A stretch of DNA of 64,000 nt from contig NC_092347.1 in assembly GCF_963676685.1 (NCBI RefSeq), positions 70,642,935 to 70,706,934 on the forward strand, given 5' to 3'. A program made the translations under genes and the position numbers. The notes under the pieces are model-generated. The model saw only the letters and a program-made list of their open reading frames with translations, made no database searches and was not told the DNA's origin. Positions within the stretch are counted from its first letter, which is position 1, and each line of letters starts with the position of its first letter. Of the stretch, positions 1 through 12,149 are shown one piece after another. Origin of the DNA: Mytilus edulis. Taxonomy: Eukaryota.

Positions 1-992
1 GTAAACCTATTGAACAAACCTTCAGTGCAGCATATTTGTAGGAAATATTTTAATGTTTTCAGCAACTTTTTTAAACACGAAAATAATCAACATACCACAT
101 AGCTTATCTCGCCTGTCTCGTATTATTTGTAGTTCATTCTTCATCTTGAGTATAGAACACAACACATTTAGTTTTACCTGAAATTGGCAGATGCAACAAA
201 AATAGCTAAAAAAGTTAAAATCGTGTTTATTTATAAATATCTACAAAAGAATATATATATCTAAAGAAAATGTTGACTTACACTCACATTTCAATTCGAT
301 CCGCGAGAATTTAAGAAATCTTTCATTATAATTATTATTTTAAAGAAATGGGTATAATATTTAAACCTTTACTTGGCTTTTGTAGTAGGATCTTTTTATG
401 GATTTATTTTTTAATAAATTAAAAATCATTCGATTCAACGAATTTCTAACATCATAAAAAAAAATGGTTGATAATAAAAATAATTTATTACCACTGAGGC
501 TAGCAAGTTCTAATTCTTACAAATTGTTAGGTACAGGTCGGTGTTTGGTTCGATATTGTCCATGTGTAGAGCGAAATTGAACTTGATTCAAATAACTTTT
601 AAACAGCATCCACCATAACATTTCGAATTTCTATCACCGCCGGTATCATACCATGGGTATTCCTATATTTTATCCATGCATAGGCTCGTAGCTCTCATGA
701 GATCGAAACTCCAAGAAAGCTAGATCAGGAGCAAGAAAATTTAGTATCATGTGTATATTTTATATTGTAAATAATCGTCTGATGGTGCTTTGGACATGAA
801 ATAAATAAATGATGTTTAGTTCTTATTTGATATTAGACTCGTCAAGAATTATAAATAAGACTGGATGCTGATCTCAACTAACTGTAATAGAGTAGAAGAT
901 ACATTTCACAATAATAAGAGTTGAATAACTATATCGACGCCAGAGGGTATTGTCAGCTCTACAGGATTAAATTCTAAAAGATAAAGACATAC

Positions 993-1496
993 CTGTCTTT
1001 CGGTTGCTGCAGTTTTCCTTGGAATCTTTCCTTTCTTTGGAGAAGGATGCTGATGACAAGATTCACGTGCATTCCTATGGGACACAGTAGCAGTTATTTT
1101 TGCAGATTCATTCAACCAGGTATCTACGTTGTAGGGTGGAATATATGCAGAATCCTCAGTTATTTCATAGATTGTGGATATAGGTTTATTTTTCTCTACT
1201 ATAGCTGGTTGTATCAAATAACGCTTTTCTCTTTTTGAAGTACCTTCATTTTTAATAATTTCTGCATTTTCTAACGGTTCTTTGAATATGTAAAGTGTTC
1301 TCTTCGGGCTTTTTGGTTGACAATTGTTATATCTATTCTCATTCTTGTTAGAATCTCTTCTTTCCTCTGAAATACTGCTATTGCTGTATTGTTTCTGTAT
1401 GATTGTTGGGTTTTCTGATAATTTTTTAACACCGGCCGACAAGGGTGAAATGAAAGGAGTTGAAAATGTTCTTTTCTGTGATGACTGAGACGACAT
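993..1496 (-). CDS. Candidate coding exon of an unidentified gene encoding a K/S/N-rich, probably disordered protein segment
   Basis: A 168-codon open frame from the ATG at 1496-1494 (MSSQSSQKRTFSTPF...SPKKGKIPRKTAATERQ) in about 70% AT DNA, where stop codons are expected frequently. It ends exactly at a good donor on the minus strand, cag|GTATGT (GT at plus 992-991), in phase 0. An acceptor-like ttttacag lies 7 nt upstream of the ATG, so it could be a first coding exon or an internal exon. No recognisable domain was found. Confidence 0.35.
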
Positions 1497-2879
1497 GAAT
1501 ATTCTGTAAAATTGCAATATAGAAATATAAAAAGATAGCCTGATTGATATATATTCTAGTCTTTCAGAACCGAAACGGAAGGATTTTACATGTTTCTTTA
1601 AATGCATTTTTCTTTCTTAAAAAGGCTTTTATTATAAAGTGAATCATGTAAAGTTCCAACTGAAAACTGTCTACATGATTACATCCATAAAAACAATTCT
1701 ATCATTATTTTTTGTCTGCAATGAAAAGAAAAACAAATGAGCAAGTCGCCATAAAAAGAGATTTAACCTATAGCCGCACAAGTTCAACGCGAAAGAGAAC
1801 ATCGTGTTTTCAAACCCCTCTTTTTTTTTAATTGGCATTCAAAGATGTTGGTCCGAGTGCCAAATTCAGGTTGGTTTTTTTTTTATTCCAAACAAAGGCT
1901 TCTAAAATAAATGAAGTATTTGCTATAGTTGGCGTAGGTAAACACCAATGAATGAATTGAATGTGTCATAATTGTTTTTTTCCATCAATATTTACAAAAA
2001 AGAAAAAGCTCAAGTGGATAAAGAAAGATGTACTACATGTTTGACTAATTAAATAAAAAAAAAAGTAAAACACAAGGAATAAGTGATTTATTCCACAACA
2101 TAATCAAGATGTTGAAAGAAATAAAGTCTATCACTCAGATATCTGTGATAATATACAATTTTGTCTTTTTTTTCTGCTTAAAAAAAAACTTCAAATCTCT
2201 TAATTGAAGGAAAAACTGCAACAAGTGTGCCCATTTTCAGATCTTCCAATTTAAAATCAGACAATGTTGCCCAAATAGGACTGCCAAAAAAATTTGTGTC
2301 TACAAATACGTAAAAAAAAACCAATATCATATCAATAAAAGACTATTTCTCATTCTAATTCGATATGTGTAAGAATTTATAACATGGTGAAGGACATTTC
2401 TGTGCGAGATAATCAGGCAATTGGCATAATTGAAAAGAAGGGGGAAATGAGAGTCTATGCAAGTTCAAAGGGGAAAGGGGGGGGGCAACAAATGACTCTT
2501 ATGATGATTTATTACGTTTTTACACAATGTTTGCTTTATACCGCTGGTCGATATGAAACCCTCAGATAACTTATAATTAGAATATAAAGAGATGGGGTAC
2601 ATGTACGAATGCAAATGAAACAACTTTCCATCTGAGTCGAAATGAGACGGATTTGAGCAACTATGGGTCTCCGTAAGGCCTTCAGTACATAATGAGCAAA
2701 ACCCATATCTTTCCGTGGAAACGCTTTTTTCTACCTTCTTCAAGTCCCTTCGAGTCAATTGTATGTCACAATTTGAAGAACAAAATATTCACGTCCAGCA
2801 CATGCAGCATTGCCGCCAGCTGTCACGTAATCAACTGTATATATATATATATATATAATCCCTTATGTTGCATCTTCAA

Positions 2880-3200
2880 GTTGAATACCCAGACAACATG
2901 AGTATGTTGGCCCAACATTGGCACAACGTATATCATTGCATTGGCCCATCGTTGTATTTTAACGTTGGCCCAACGTATAAGTGCAAAGTGGGCCTACGTT
3001 GGCCCAACATGATGGCTTCATGTTGGCCCAACGTTGTACGGTTATATGCAATACATAGAGCCAACGTTGGCCCATTGTATGAAAAACGAAATCCATGTTG
3101 GCACAACGTTGGACCAACGTAGCGATATATTTTTTCTTATGTTGGCACTATGTTGGTCCAAGGTAGGTATTTCTCATTTTTGTGTTGGCAATACGTTGGT
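2880..3200. repeat. Degenerate array of the same GTTGGCCCAACGTTGG palindromic motif
   Basis: More than 12 variants of 'atgttggcccaacgttg' occur at irregular spacing of 20-40 bp. A single copy of 'caacgttgggccagcattggcccaacat' lies at 5120-5150. (TA)n of about 30 bp lies at 2830-2860. Confidence 0.6.
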
Positions 3201-5379
3201 ATATTGCTTCAACCAAATTGCAATGGATGCTGCATTAAGAGCTGTATATGATAAATACTCCGGAGCGCATTTGATCTTTTTTTGTATTCCAAACTGCCAA
3301 AGTTTAAGGTAGCAATTCTGTATTTTTGTATTACCCATTGTTGTTACTGTCCTTGTTTTTTTCATGAACTTTGCCTCTTTAATTTTATTTATTGTGTGAC
3401 GCTAAGATATTTCTTTGACAATGTTTGATGGATCGACCAGATAAACTCTGTGTTATTTGGTATCTTGTAAAGACTTGTCTCATTAGCAATCATACCACAT
3501 CTTCTTTTTTCATATAAATTTCATTTATTTCTTTAACAGAACAAATGACGTATGGCTTATGGTTAGGCGATCATACAAATAGTTTTTTCGGAGATGTAAT
3601 TTTAGTTGTATTGGTTCCAGATCCAGAATGAAAATTAAATAATTCAGAAGATGAAACTTTATTTATTTTAAATTTGATATCATTGGTCGTCACCACGAGT
3701 AGTGTCCTCCTCAATTTGAACTTCAACAGTGTCATTATTACTTATATATGTTATTCTTTTTTTCCCTTCTGTATTTCTTGCCACCTTCTCAGTCAAGGCT
3801 TAAGTGCCGCCAATCTTTAGCTGCATCATCTATCTCCTTATCCGAAGACTATTTACAGCTATGTTTTTTTTCTAACCGACTCTGTAATAAAGTTATAAGT
3901 AAACTTGAATTGCGTATTTGTCTAATGCATGCGTGCGTAATCTCCCTTCTAGATATGTAATATAAATTAATTTATATTCTAAATAGTTTAAACACTATTT
4001 AATACAAAATCAAATCTTAAATAACCAATTTTTTATATATTGGTTATTTGTCTAATTGTCAGAAATTCATTAGTATTAGACGGATTTGTGGGTATAACAA
4101 ACCCTTATTACTTTTATTTCAGAATTCGGTATCATACTTTATATATTCGTAATATACATGATATATAAAGAATAATTTAGATGTGTATTAATGAACAGTT
4201 ATATATTTGATATATAAAAACACTGTTACACATTCAAGTGTGTATATGATCAGGTTTCACAAATATATCGTATCTGTTTGCATGCGATTTAGAAATACAA
4301 TAAAACTAACAAATTCATTTATATTTTAATGAAGTAGAAATCATTATACCACATTTTTGAAACATTACGGAATAAGGTACATCTTAAGACAATTTTATTC
4401 CATTAACTTCAGTAATGATCATACATGTTGTGGTTATAGATTTATATAATTTACCATTTGTTTGAAGATACTAATGTTCAGTGGCAACTATTTCATGATA
4501 ATTAATAGGATTGAAATGATTTAAAATCTAGAAAATATTTCGCCCAAAACGTAGGAACTTTAAGATCAGCATTATAAAATGATAGAAATTAATATATGTT
4601 TTGATATTTAATAACATCCCTCAGATTAAAAAATCATATTGTATTTGTCATTCTGAATCGTATATATATCAGATTTTTTAAAGTTACAACTTACATGTTA
4701 CTATCTTTCTCTTTGAATCTCAGATGATATGATTTTCTCTTTTTGTTTTCTTCGTATCACTGCTTTCTTACAAATACACAACAGGAAATAATCACAAAAG
4801 TGACCATCCCATTACATTCAGATTTCCGATAAACTTGATTACCATAGCAACTATCTTTGAAATTTGTCGAACATATGGTCAACCTTATCAGAATGGGCTT
4901 GATTAACAGACTGGCTGTATCAAATATCACTCTGCATATAATTGCTATTATTATGTTTCACAAAGTTTAATGAATAAAGTTATTATAAATAATGATTGCA
5001 ATAAATTTTAATTTTTAACCAGGCAATCTATGTTTACGGTATTTTTTTTATTACAGTAATGATATTCCAGTATAAATTTTATCTGACTTATATATAGAGT
5101 ATAATATATGATCACGCAACGTTGGGCCAGCATTGGCCCAACATAGAGTTGTAAATGTAATTTCAGTTGATAAACACTGTCGGTATAACATTAACTTTTC
5201 ACTAAGCCTGCTGCAATCGAAATTATCCGCCTCCCAAGAGAAATAAAGCGTAAAATATTATATAATCAATTCTATTAACAAAATTTCATATCGGCCCTAT
5301 GTTGCTACTAACATAATGCCAACATTTGCCCGATTATTTATAACCAACATGAGATAATAATATGAATTTACAACAACAG

Positions 5380-5640
5380 ACCAACGTTTGGCCAATGTTG
5401 TGCAGCCGACACCAACGTGCGACCAATGTACCGACAATTTGCCAACGTTGGGCCAATGTTGTGTAGCCAACATAAACTTGCGACCAACGGACCGACAATT
5501 TGCCAACGTTGGGCCAATGTTGTGCAGCCAACATAAACTTGCGACCAACGGACCGACAATTTGCCAACGTTTGGCCAATGTTGTGAAGCCAACACCAACG
5601 GTCGACCAACGGGCCGACCATTTGCCAACGTTGGCCCACT
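5380..5640. repeat. 60-bp-period satellite array of about 4.5 units built on the palindromic core CCAACGTTGG(G)CCAA
   Basis: Head-to-tail units of 'caatttgccaacgttgggccaatgttgtgcagccaacataaacttgcgaccaacggaccga' at 5385, 5445, 5505 and 5565. A degenerate leader occupies 5290-5380. The overlapping ORFs 5297..5645 on both strands are artefacts of the periodicity. Confidence 0.8.
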
Positions 5641-5721
5641 GTTAGTCTGCTGACTGGGTATTAACTATTATTTTACATAAATCAATTTTCCCATATCAGT
5701 AACTTCTCAGTCTACAGATCT

Positions 5722-5815
5722 TAGCATGGGTTCGAATCCCGGCGAGGGAAGAACCAAAAATTTGCGAAAGCAAATTTACAGATCTAACATTGTTGGGTTG
5801 TTGTTTAGACGAGTT
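5722..5815 (+). mobile_element. Partial SINE copy (B-box to tail) in inverted orientation to the 5845-6000 copy
   Basis: This 94-bp stretch is the reverse complement of 5845-5938 with a single mismatch. The two copies are separated by a 29-bp AT-rich spacer. Confidence 0.6.
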
Positions 5816-5844
5816 GTTTATATATATTGTTTATATATAAATAT

Positions 5845-6000
5845 AACTCGTCTAAACATCAACCCAACAATGTTAGATCTGTAAATTTGCTTTCGCAAAT
5901 TTTTGGTTCTTCCCTCGCCGGGATTCGAACCCATGCTACTATGATATCGTGACACCAAATCGCCTGCACTGCAGCCGTCCCGCTAGACCACACGACCACC
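5845..6000 (-). mobile_element. tRNA-derived SINE, full-length copy with a tRNA-like head
   Basis: On the minus strand the sequence reads GGTGGTCGTGTGGTCTAGCGGGAC...CATGGGTTCGAATCCCGGCGAGGG. It has an A-box-like TGGTCTAGCGG, a perfect B-box GGTTCGAATCC, a tRNA-unrelated body, and a tail 'aatttgcgaaagcaaatttacagatctaacattgttggg'. Related copies lie at 5722-5815, about 6100-6150 and about 43763-43895. Confidence 0.6.
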
Positions 6001-8070
6001 TGTACAAGTAAGTCTGAACCAGTTACAACTCTATGTGGGATTGTATCTATGGGATCACCAGTGATGGTGATACAAGGCTGAAGTCACATTCTGTATATAA
6101 ATTCGTCTAAATATCAGCCCAACATGTTATAGATCTGAAAATTTGCGGAAGTATTTATATATATACACGGGTTCCACATTTCCTTAGGTATTCGGATCCC
6201 TTCCTCTGCATGGATATAGGAATAAGTAAATTATTTCGTACATTTTCGAAAATGTGCATTTTTTAAATTTCAAATTTAAAAAAACCCGCATCTAAACAAA
6301 TTGAGTTTAGGGGTCAGCTGAATAAAATTATTTCGTACATTTTGTACGTGAACGGATGCGGGATTTTCTTGCTGTGTGAACCTTTTCTTCCCTTTGTTCG
6401 GGTTGTTGTCTCTTTGAAACATTCCCCATTTGCATTCTCAATTGTATCTGGTTTCATTGAGAAAATCGTTACCGTTTAAAAATAGATATCATAAACATAA
6501 AGGCGAAATCAAAAATAAATTAGTCGCAGATGCATGTATAGAAACAACAACATGTTTAACAGGAAATAAACAACCTACCACAAAACACTATACAGGAAAG
6601 TAATGAAAATTAATTGTTAAAAGTCATTATTCATTTAAATTTAACAACATAGGTACATGAAAATTGGACTACCAAAAGCATAGGTACATGCAAATTGGAC
6701 TACCAAAAATTTAGCTCTCTGTCCTACGAGGAGTCTAGGATTGCATAAGAAAAAGCGTTTTACATGGTGACGTATAGTTTTAAATTATAGAAAAAATAAA
6801 TATAACCATTTAGTTAGTGAGCATGCCTTGAATCAGAGTCATATCTAGACATATAAGTTTTTGTTTCAAGGTGTAAATTCGGTTACCATCATAATGGTAT
6901 ACTACTCTTTGTACGTGCTTTCTGTAATCATGATACTAGTTTTATCATTTGTTTTGTTCGGTTTATGAATGTTAAATAGTATAATTGTATTGTATTTGTC
7001 ACTTTATCGGCTTTATGTCATGCTTTGACTAGGAAAAGAGATGACATGCTCAGATTTCAAATATATTTTTGTTATTTGACATTTTTTTCCTGGAAATATA
7101 ATTGTCTGTTCCGGGCTGTACTGCTGTTATACTATGTGAATATAATTCTTTTCGTATTGATCGAATCGGATGCAACAGTTGGACAAGTTTCTACTTTTAA
7201 AATTTGAATTTCACACGCAACTATTAGTTTGCCATATGTTGATGTTCGTCATAATTTTTCATATTAAATGTCGTCATAATTTTATACCATCACACATATA
7301 CATATATCATTTTCTTTTGAAATGCGACATTGACCATATATGGGTTGTTTACTCGTATTATATTCTGCTTCAATTTCGTATTTAATTTGTTTATTACTAG
7401 AATATACTACAGCATTTAAAAACATCGAGGGATGGAAGATAAGAGAAAAAGCACTCTACCCATGTCTGTTTATTAACTTCTGAAATATCATCTGGCGGTG
7501 ATTCGCGTATATTCCATCCGTATTTAATATATACCCAAAATACAAAACATGAAAATACCGACTTAATCCAGTCAAAATACGATAAACACAATAATCAAAA
7601 TATAATAGTGAGTTTTTTCGATAATGTTAATGATCAAGTAGATTTAGCAGTAAAAAAAACTATCTTTAAAAGTAAAAAAATAACACACTGTTTTGAGAAA
7701 TTAGTTCGAACTTCAGAATTATTCTGTGTCAGCCATCTCTCTAAATACCACTTTGGTCTATAACCCCTTTTTTCACCCCGTACAACTCATTATTTGCAAG
7801 TTGATGATAAAGATGTGGTGGTTCTGTTCAATGGGTCACGAGAAAAATGTGACATAAAGATTTGTTTCTGGACTGACAAGTTATTTACAATATAGCCCTA
7901 CCTTTAGAGAGGGTATATTATTTTGTTTCTTGTAAACACTGAGACAAAGCTTTATGTTCGATATGTATATTCGGTATTGGTTCCTTTTATTCTTTTGGGC
8001 GTTCAATTTTCGAACAAAATTTTATGTCAAAATCTGAGACAAAATTGTTCCTATACATGTAGAATGGTAA

Positions 8071-8857
8071 CGGACTTATCGGGTTTTTGTCGGCAGCGTT
8101 TCTGCACCAATCGGGTTCGGCAACGGACTTATCGCGTTTTGTTTCCAGACAGTCTGACACAAAATGAGCCAGATAGACGAAAAGAAGTCGTAAATGTTTA
8201 TGTTTATATGATCACGGAAGGCACCGATGATCTAATTTTGCAAAAATTTTCATTTTGCTTCGGTACCACTCATGGCTTTTTCAAAGAGCTCCACACTAAA
8301 CAGGACAACCGGCCGAACATAATTAGAATTTTGACTTAATGTGCTCCTTTATTTCATGCAAAATACATATTAGAACCACTTGTGTGCATTCAAAAACTAA
8401 AAATATCATATATCAAAGCTTTTTCAAAATTGCTTGACCGTGGACTAATCGGGTTTCCCAAAAATGACGTGTTTTTTTTGGCACCGAACTGTTGGGGTTT
8501 ATTGAGCACAGGACTTATTGTGTTTTTATTGTCTTACCAGGGTAAAAAGGAAAAAGATACCGTCCAGCCTATGGCTAAACAAACGGATGAACTTGTCACG
8601 GACAAGTGTCCAAGTTCGGGTACCAAGTTGGTGGAAACAATTTGAAATAAATCGTATCTTCCCATGAATATATGATTAGATATCCAACAAAATAAATAAT
8701 TTCCCCGTTCCGTGACATCAAGCTTATTTGAAAATGTCAATTCTGCTTTAATACAAGTTGAAAGAAATAACTTCTTACGCCAAATGTTGTCATTTGAAAA
8801 CGCGATAAGTCCGTTGCCGAACCCGATTAGTGCGGAAACGCCGAAACAGGATAAACC
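8071..8857. mobile_element. MITE-like or foldback element with inverted repeats of about 65 bp
   Basis: 8097-8150 'cgtttctgcaccaatcgggttcggcaacggacttatcgcgtttt' is the reverse complement of 8801-8844, 'aaaacgcgataagtccgttgccgaacccgattagtgcggaaacg', with 2 mismatches. Internal 'ggacttatcgggttt' sub-repeats occur at 8071, 8131 and 8445-8520. ORF 7923..8339 runs through it and is spurious. Confidence 0.5.
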
Positions 8858-10534
8858 ATTGTCTCTTATCAATTTCAGTATTCAGTACCTGTTTTTTTAT
8901 TTCAGATATTTGTTTCTTCCGAGACTGTGTATGGTTATTCCACATAGAGAGATTTTGAAATAATGACATCATTTATATATACGAACTAACACTGACGTCT
9001 CTATGTTTTACTATAAAAGAAACTTTATTGGAACTAAATATTACACTATACTATATTAGTCCAGAGACATAATAATATACATGTATATACATGCATAGTC
9101 TTATGTCCAGTCACCGTCCTATTACTTAAATGCATGGTTTTGCACTTTTAGATAAGCCAGTCAAGTTTGTTAAAAACTTCCATTTGTTGTCTTTTAGATA
9201 TTTTCTTGCATCTGGTGACCGAATGCTCACATAAATGCATATCTAGTCGCCGATAATATTTGACTGACAAAAAAAAACAACGTATAAAAACCTTGTACAC
9301 ATGGTCATGAATTGTTTGAGAGTAGTGTGCCAATAAGCTGGCCAAATTAAACTGAACTTAGCCAATATATTATAATTTGGGGAAAGATGATTAGCCTACA
9401 CCCCTGTCCAATGGCATTAATACCATCTAATGATCTACCATGAGCATCAAATACAGTATACCATCTAAGGCCACCTAACATGTCCCGTCTTGTGACAGTC
9501 GGTGATAAATAAAGGCAGCAGTAATTTAACACAAAGAACCAATCTCTTAAATTCGATCCGTTGCTTAAGATAGATTCGTCATCTAACAGACCAACATTTT
9601 GTAAGCAATTGGCAATATTAAATTGGTTAATATAAGTTTTAATATATTCTTATGGACTTCGACCCCTTCACATGCAGGCAACGCCTGTCTCATATATATA
9701 CATGTATATATATAGATATACTATAAAAATAAATAGAACACAGACTGACATAAAATTGAGAGTGAAAATGGGGAATGTGTCAAAGAGACTGACAACAACC
9801 AGACCAAAGATCAGAAAACAACACAAGACCATCAATGACCAATGGGTCTTCAACATAGCGAGAAAATGAAATGTCAGAAGAAAACATATCATAGTAGTGA
9901 AATCAATCTAAATCTCAGCCCTCCCCCTTAATTTTCCATTTTCCGATTGCAATCCCCGCCTTTGAAAATTGGATGTTAAAGAATGGGCTCACAAACATAC
10001 AACGGGAACCAGAAAAAGTACAAATACAACCAAAAAAGACCCCCCCCCCCCCCCAAAAAAAAAAAAAAAAAAAAGAATAAAAGAAAAAAAACCAATAAAA
10101 ATATTTTTTTGTTAATCAATTCAAGGATTTAGTAATACTAAAGAAATCCTTGAACAATTTCGCATATTTTCGTCGGTAAATTTTAAATTAGGGTCAATTT
10201 TTTAATTGTTTTTTTAATTGCTTTTAGTTTGTATTTGTATTGTTAAATTGTTTTTATGTTATGTTGGTTTGAAAAATCTTTAACGAACCCCTTTTTCTGG
10301 CTCCACCCATTTGATATCTGCCACTCCTTTTCAGGCTTTTGTGAGCAGACGGCATCCTTGTATTTCGTTGAAAATGCTTTCATTATTTAAACATATTATT
10401 TTGTAAATTACTATAACCCAAATAATCTCAGATTGAAACTTCCTTACCAATATTTTCTAGTGCTGTGAGAAAAAATTCAGCAAAAACTCTACGGACAAAA
10501 GTACTGTCAACTTTGAACTTTCACCTGCATACGG

Positions 10535-10760
10535 TAAAATCTCTGACGTCATTGAAATATGTGTGGAGTAACCGCTCCGATTGCGACGATACATTCATAA
10601 TCAAAATCATGTTATGAAAACAAGGACCAACACAGTGAGAGACAAATCATTGGAAGTGTTTATAAAACTGTGTAATTTTATTGTTTTAGATGTGGATGAA
10701 ACAACATTTTTAATTCAACTATTGTGATTTTTTTATTAGAAGTACGTGACGTATGTCAGC
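10535..10760 (+). promoter_or_regulatory. Putative proximal promoter / 5'-UTR region of the amine oxidase gene, containing a palindromic CRE TGACGTCA
   Basis: A perfect CRE octamer, ctcTGACGTCAttg, lies at about 10543-10550, roughly 230 bp upstream of the ATG. A half-site, gTGACGTat, lies at about 10747. The region is locally CpG-enriched ('ccgctccgattgcgacgatac') in an otherwise CpG-poor stretch. No experimental support. Confidence 0.25.
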
Positions 10761-10778
10761 TGTTGAGTTTTGAAGGAT

Positions 10779-10929
10779 ATGGGTGAAACAAAGCCCAAAA
10801 TTGTGATCATCGGTGGAGGGATCGCTGGGATAGCCTTAGGAGACCATCTCGCTAACAATGGATTCAAAGATTACGTTATACTTGAAGCATCAAATAGAAC
10901 AGGCGGTAGAATATACACCGTCAATCTTG
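10779..10929 (+). CDS. Polyamine/spermine oxidase-like flavin amine oxidase, coding exon 1
   Basis: First in-frame ATG, at 10779; the ORF track starts at a TTG at 10770, and there is an in-frame TGA at 10764-66. The exon encodes MGETKPKIVIIGGGIAGIALGDHLANNGFKDYVILEASNRTGGRIYTVNLG, a Rossmann dinucleotide-binding motif (GxGxxG) followed by the EAS..GGR motif typical of FAD amine oxidases. It ends at a consensus donor, G|GTAAGT, at 10930 in phase 1. Confidence 0.8.
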
Positions 10930-11552
10930 GTAAGTTATCCCAGTGTAAAAATGTATGCCATGGTTTCATTTCGTGATAGTTCTCGTTTGAATACATTGTC
11001 ACCTTAGCAAAAAGAAAGTAACCCAGTATCATAGTAAAAATACAATATAATAATATAAAAGTGTGTTCAATTGTCATTATTATTAGGCGATTGGTCATGT
11101 CTTTGTATTTTATGAAATTACATTGCCTGAACTCGATGACACATTTTTAGATTTTTGTGAATGATTGTGTGAAGGTCAAAATAGGACATATGTACAGAAC
11201 GTCTGGCAACAAACCAATCAAATTTCTATATATAAATAGAACCAGTTTTACTACAGGGAAATACTGCTTCACAAGGAAATAATTTGTTATCAAGAAAATG
11301 TTTGAGGGACACATGGTTTTTTCATTTCACATGTTCAAAATGTGTATTTGGACCTCTTTCTCAACTTTATAAAAATTTTGCAGTTTTTCAAATTATGTCA
11401 ATTATATTCATTCTCTGTACAACATGTACAATTTTGGTATTATTTCTAGAAATAAAGAGGTTGCACAGGCACTTGTATCTATCCATTGGAAGACCCACTA
11501 TCAATGTATATTTTCTGTGGTTGGAACATTGGGCCTTTTTGTGGATAGTATA

Positions 11553-11716
11553 CAGTGGCGGATCCAGAACTTTTCAGGGGGGGGGGGGGGGGGGCCGCTG
11601 ACTGACCTAAAAGGGGGGGGGCTCCAGTCATGCTTCAATGTTTCCCTATATAATCAACCAAATTTTTCCCATGAAAGGGGGGGGCCCAGCCAGGCCCCCC
11701 CCTGGATCCGCCTATG
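11553..11716. mobile_element. Palindromic G/C-homopolymer-rich MITE, copy 1 (164 bp) with a 5-bp TSD GTATA
   Basis: Termini are cagtggcggatccag...ctggatccgcctatg. The internal sequence has G15, G9 and G8 runs plus C7/C8 runs. It is flanked by gtata|...|gtata at 11548-52 and 11717-21. Confidence 0.7.
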
Positions 11717-12149
11717 GTATACAAAAATCTTGTTTCATTTTACAAAATTTGATAGATATAGCTATTAAGCTCATGTGAATCTTCAATAGTCAATACTTTA
11801 TAAACTACAACTGTAACTGACTCTGTTTTCATAACAAAAATTGACTTACATGTACAATCTGAAAGTTGGTCTGTCTTACAGTTTCTTTAAATTTCAAAAA
11901 GATTTACTGGTCATACCATGCAGGGGTTGCATACCTGCCAACTGTCACTATTTGTGGGGGATTTCCCCCATGAAGGCGGGTACCACGATTACCCGAGAAA
12001 TACAAGAACAACGCAATATCCCCAAAACAAACGGATACATCCCAATAACAAGGTTCTTTTATGGTGTTATACAGTGTTAAATTAGTGTAACAGTATACAA
12101 TTATAAGGTTTAACTAAGACATTCATAATTGATAAAAGTACACGCAATC

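Noticed and set aside
5297-5645. Four overlapping ORFs of 85-101 aa on both strands
   Set aside because: They lie entirely within the 60-bp satellite. The period is a multiple of 3, so all frames stay open. The peptides are repetitive (WPNVGKLSV...) and carry no coding signal.
7923-8339. 138-aa plus-strand ORF
   Set aside because: It runs through the left inverted repeat of the 8071-8857 MITE-like element (…RQRFCTNRVRQRTYRVLFPDS…) and is mirrored by a minus-strand ORF at 8790..8972 across the right repeat. It is therefore a repeat artefact.
10770-10778. ORF-track start 'MKD' upstream of the amine oxidase ATG
   Set aside because: Codon 10770-72 is TTG. The track evidently accepts alternative bacterial-style starts. 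The first eukaryotic-usable start is the ATG at 10779 (MGETKPK...), preceded by an in-frame TGA.
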